From: Bacteroidota bacterium
GTDB lineage: Bacteria; Bacteroidota; Bacteroidia; NS11-12g; UBA955
Reading direction: 5' to 3'
DNA: 64,000 nucleotides
NCBI GenBank assembly: GCA_947496065.1
Contig: CANMBF010000001.1
Coordinates: 5,443 to 69,442, forward strand
Position 1 is the stretch's first letter, and each line of letters starts with the position of its first letter. Both the position numbers and the translations under genes were made by a program. The notes below the pieces were generated by a model that was not told where the DNA came from, ran no database searches, and saw only the letters and a list, made by a program, of their open reading frames with translations. Shown here piece by piece: positions 62,881 through 64,000 of this stretch.

Positions 62881-64000
62881 TAAGCTTTAGCAAATAATAC
62901 CCTTTGTTTAGAAGGATTACCTGTTAATATACATTGTCCTTCTTCAACATTATTATCTAAAGGAATGCAACGTATCGTTGCTTTTGTTAGTTGTTTAATT
63001 TTTTCTTCAGTTTCACTTGTGCCATCCCAATGCGCTGAAATAAACCCTCCTTTTTCCTCTAAAACGCTTTGAAATTCTATCCAATTATCAACTTTGCGAA
63101 TATTATTATCTCTAAAAACTTTAGCCCTATTAAAGATTGAGTTTTGAATTTCTTCTAATAAGTTTTTAACGGTATTTTCAATTCCTTCAATACTTGTAAC
63201 TGACTTTTCTTTTGTATCTCTTCGCGCCAATTCTACAGTACCGTTTTGAATATCACGAGGACCGATACCAATTCTTAAAGGCACACCTTTTAATTCCCAT
63301 TCAGCGAATTTAAAACCAGGTTTTTGTGTATCGCGGTTATCAAATTTTACAGAAATATTATTGGCTTCTAGTTTTTTCTTAATTGCCTTTGATGCGTCTT
63401 CAACTTTTTCTCTTTCTTCGTCTGTTCTATAAATAGGCACAATTACTATTTGATGAGGTGCCAAGTTAGGCGGCAACACTAATCCTTCATCATCACTATG
63501 TGCCATAATTAATGCTCCCATTAAACGAGTAGAAACACCCCAACTTGTAGCCCAAACATATTCAAGTTTACCCTCCTTTGTTTGAAACTTTACATCAAAA
63601 GCCTTTGCAAAATTTTGACCTAAAAAGTGCGAAGTTCCCATCTGTAAAGCTTTTCCATCTTGCATTAAACCTTCAATACAATATGTTTCTAATGCTCCTG
63701 CAAAAGTTTCATTAGGGGTTTTAACACCTCTCACAACAGGAACACCTAAAAATGTTTCAGCAAATTCAGCATAAATATCCAACATTTGTTTGGTTTCAAT
63801 TAATGCTTCTTCTGCTGTGGCATGCGCTGTATGACCTTCTTGCCAAAGAAATTCTGAGGTTCGAAGGAATAAACGTGTTCTCATTTCCCAACGCACCACA
63901 TTGGCCCATTGGTTTAATAATATTGGCAAATCTCTATAGCTTTGAATCCAACTTTTATAGGTGTTCCAAATTATAGCTTCGCTAGTTGGACGAATAATTA
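62877..64000 (-). CDS. proS: Proline--tRNA ligase (archaeal/eukaryote-like type), C-terminal ~374 aa; the 5' end lies outside the window
   Basis: The frame stays open to the window edge (..[56 protein letters not shown]). The anticodon-binding and C-terminal Zn-domain-like tail ends with ....VLFAKAY. Confidence 0.9.
   Translation of the reverse strand, partial: IIRPTSEAIIWNTYKSWIQSYRDLPILLNQWANVVRWEMRTRLFLRTSEFLWQEGHTAHATAEEALIETKQMLDIYAEFAETFLGVPVVRGVKTPNETFAGALETYCIEGLMQDGKALQMGTSHFLGQNFAKAFDVKFQTKEGKLEYVWATSWGVSTRLMGALIMAHSDDEGLVLPPNLAPHQIVIVPIYRTDEEREKVEDASKAIKKKLEANNISVKFDNRDTQKPGFKFAEWELKGVPLRIGIGPRDIQNGTVELARRDTKEKSVTSIEGIENTVKNLLEEIQNSIFNRAKVFRDNNIRKVDNWIEFQSVLEEKGGFISAHWDGTSETEEKIKQLTKATIRCIPLDNNVEEGQCILTGNPSKQRVLFAKAY

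Overview
This is a low-GC, Bacteroidota-type chromosome segment. The evidence is T9SS C-terminal sorting domains on several secreted proteins, TAnnTTTG '-7' promoter boxes, no Shine-Dalgarno signals, and frequent TTG/GTG starts. I found no rRNA, tRNA, CRISPR array or transposase/integrase. (1) 1-15.6 kb is the 3' part of a surface-polysaccharide locus. It carries nonulosonic-acid (sialic/legionaminic-type) genes: neuB, neuC, a CBS-nucleotidyltransferase and a CMP-sugar synthetase. It also has two SAM methyltransferases, two unknown proteins, a Wzx-like flippase, glycosyltransferases, wecB, and an MBOAT plus SGNH-like O-acylation pair. (2) 15.6-22.0 kb is the most unusual block. An 821-aa fusion of a PLP-dependent alpha-oxoamine synthase to a FemAB/BioF2-like acyltransferase-fold domain, plus a small ORF, is transcribed divergently from a STAS-like protein, a soluble PAS/HisKA_3 kinase and a LuxR-type response regulator. 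Three copies of one palindrome (TAGTA-N6-TACTA) sit in the flanking AT-rich DNA, and an orphan T9SS-CTD-only ORF has its own promoter. I propose this block as a candidate undescribed small-molecule or lipid synthesis and sensing module. That proposal is inference, not demonstration. (3) 22-64 kb is mostly housekeeping: clpP-clpX, a DEAD-box helicase, pyrF, dxs, pepC-like, kynU, prmA, comF, thyA, an ACMSD-like decarboxylase, an M16 peptidase pair, ybeY, mnmG, pheS and proS. These are interleaved with T9SS cargo (an M43 protease, a 1457-aa Calx-beta adhesin with a large internal duplication, a delta-60-repeat protein, a type-B CTD protein) and envelope glycosylation genes (GT39-like, GT2, YfhO, GT4). 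Other points worth a second look are an LMW phosphatase whose catalytic Cys codon reads Arg, a 40-aa lipoprotein ORF missing from the ORF track, and seven genes whose -7 box lies 4-6 nt from the start codon (probably leaderless mRNAs).
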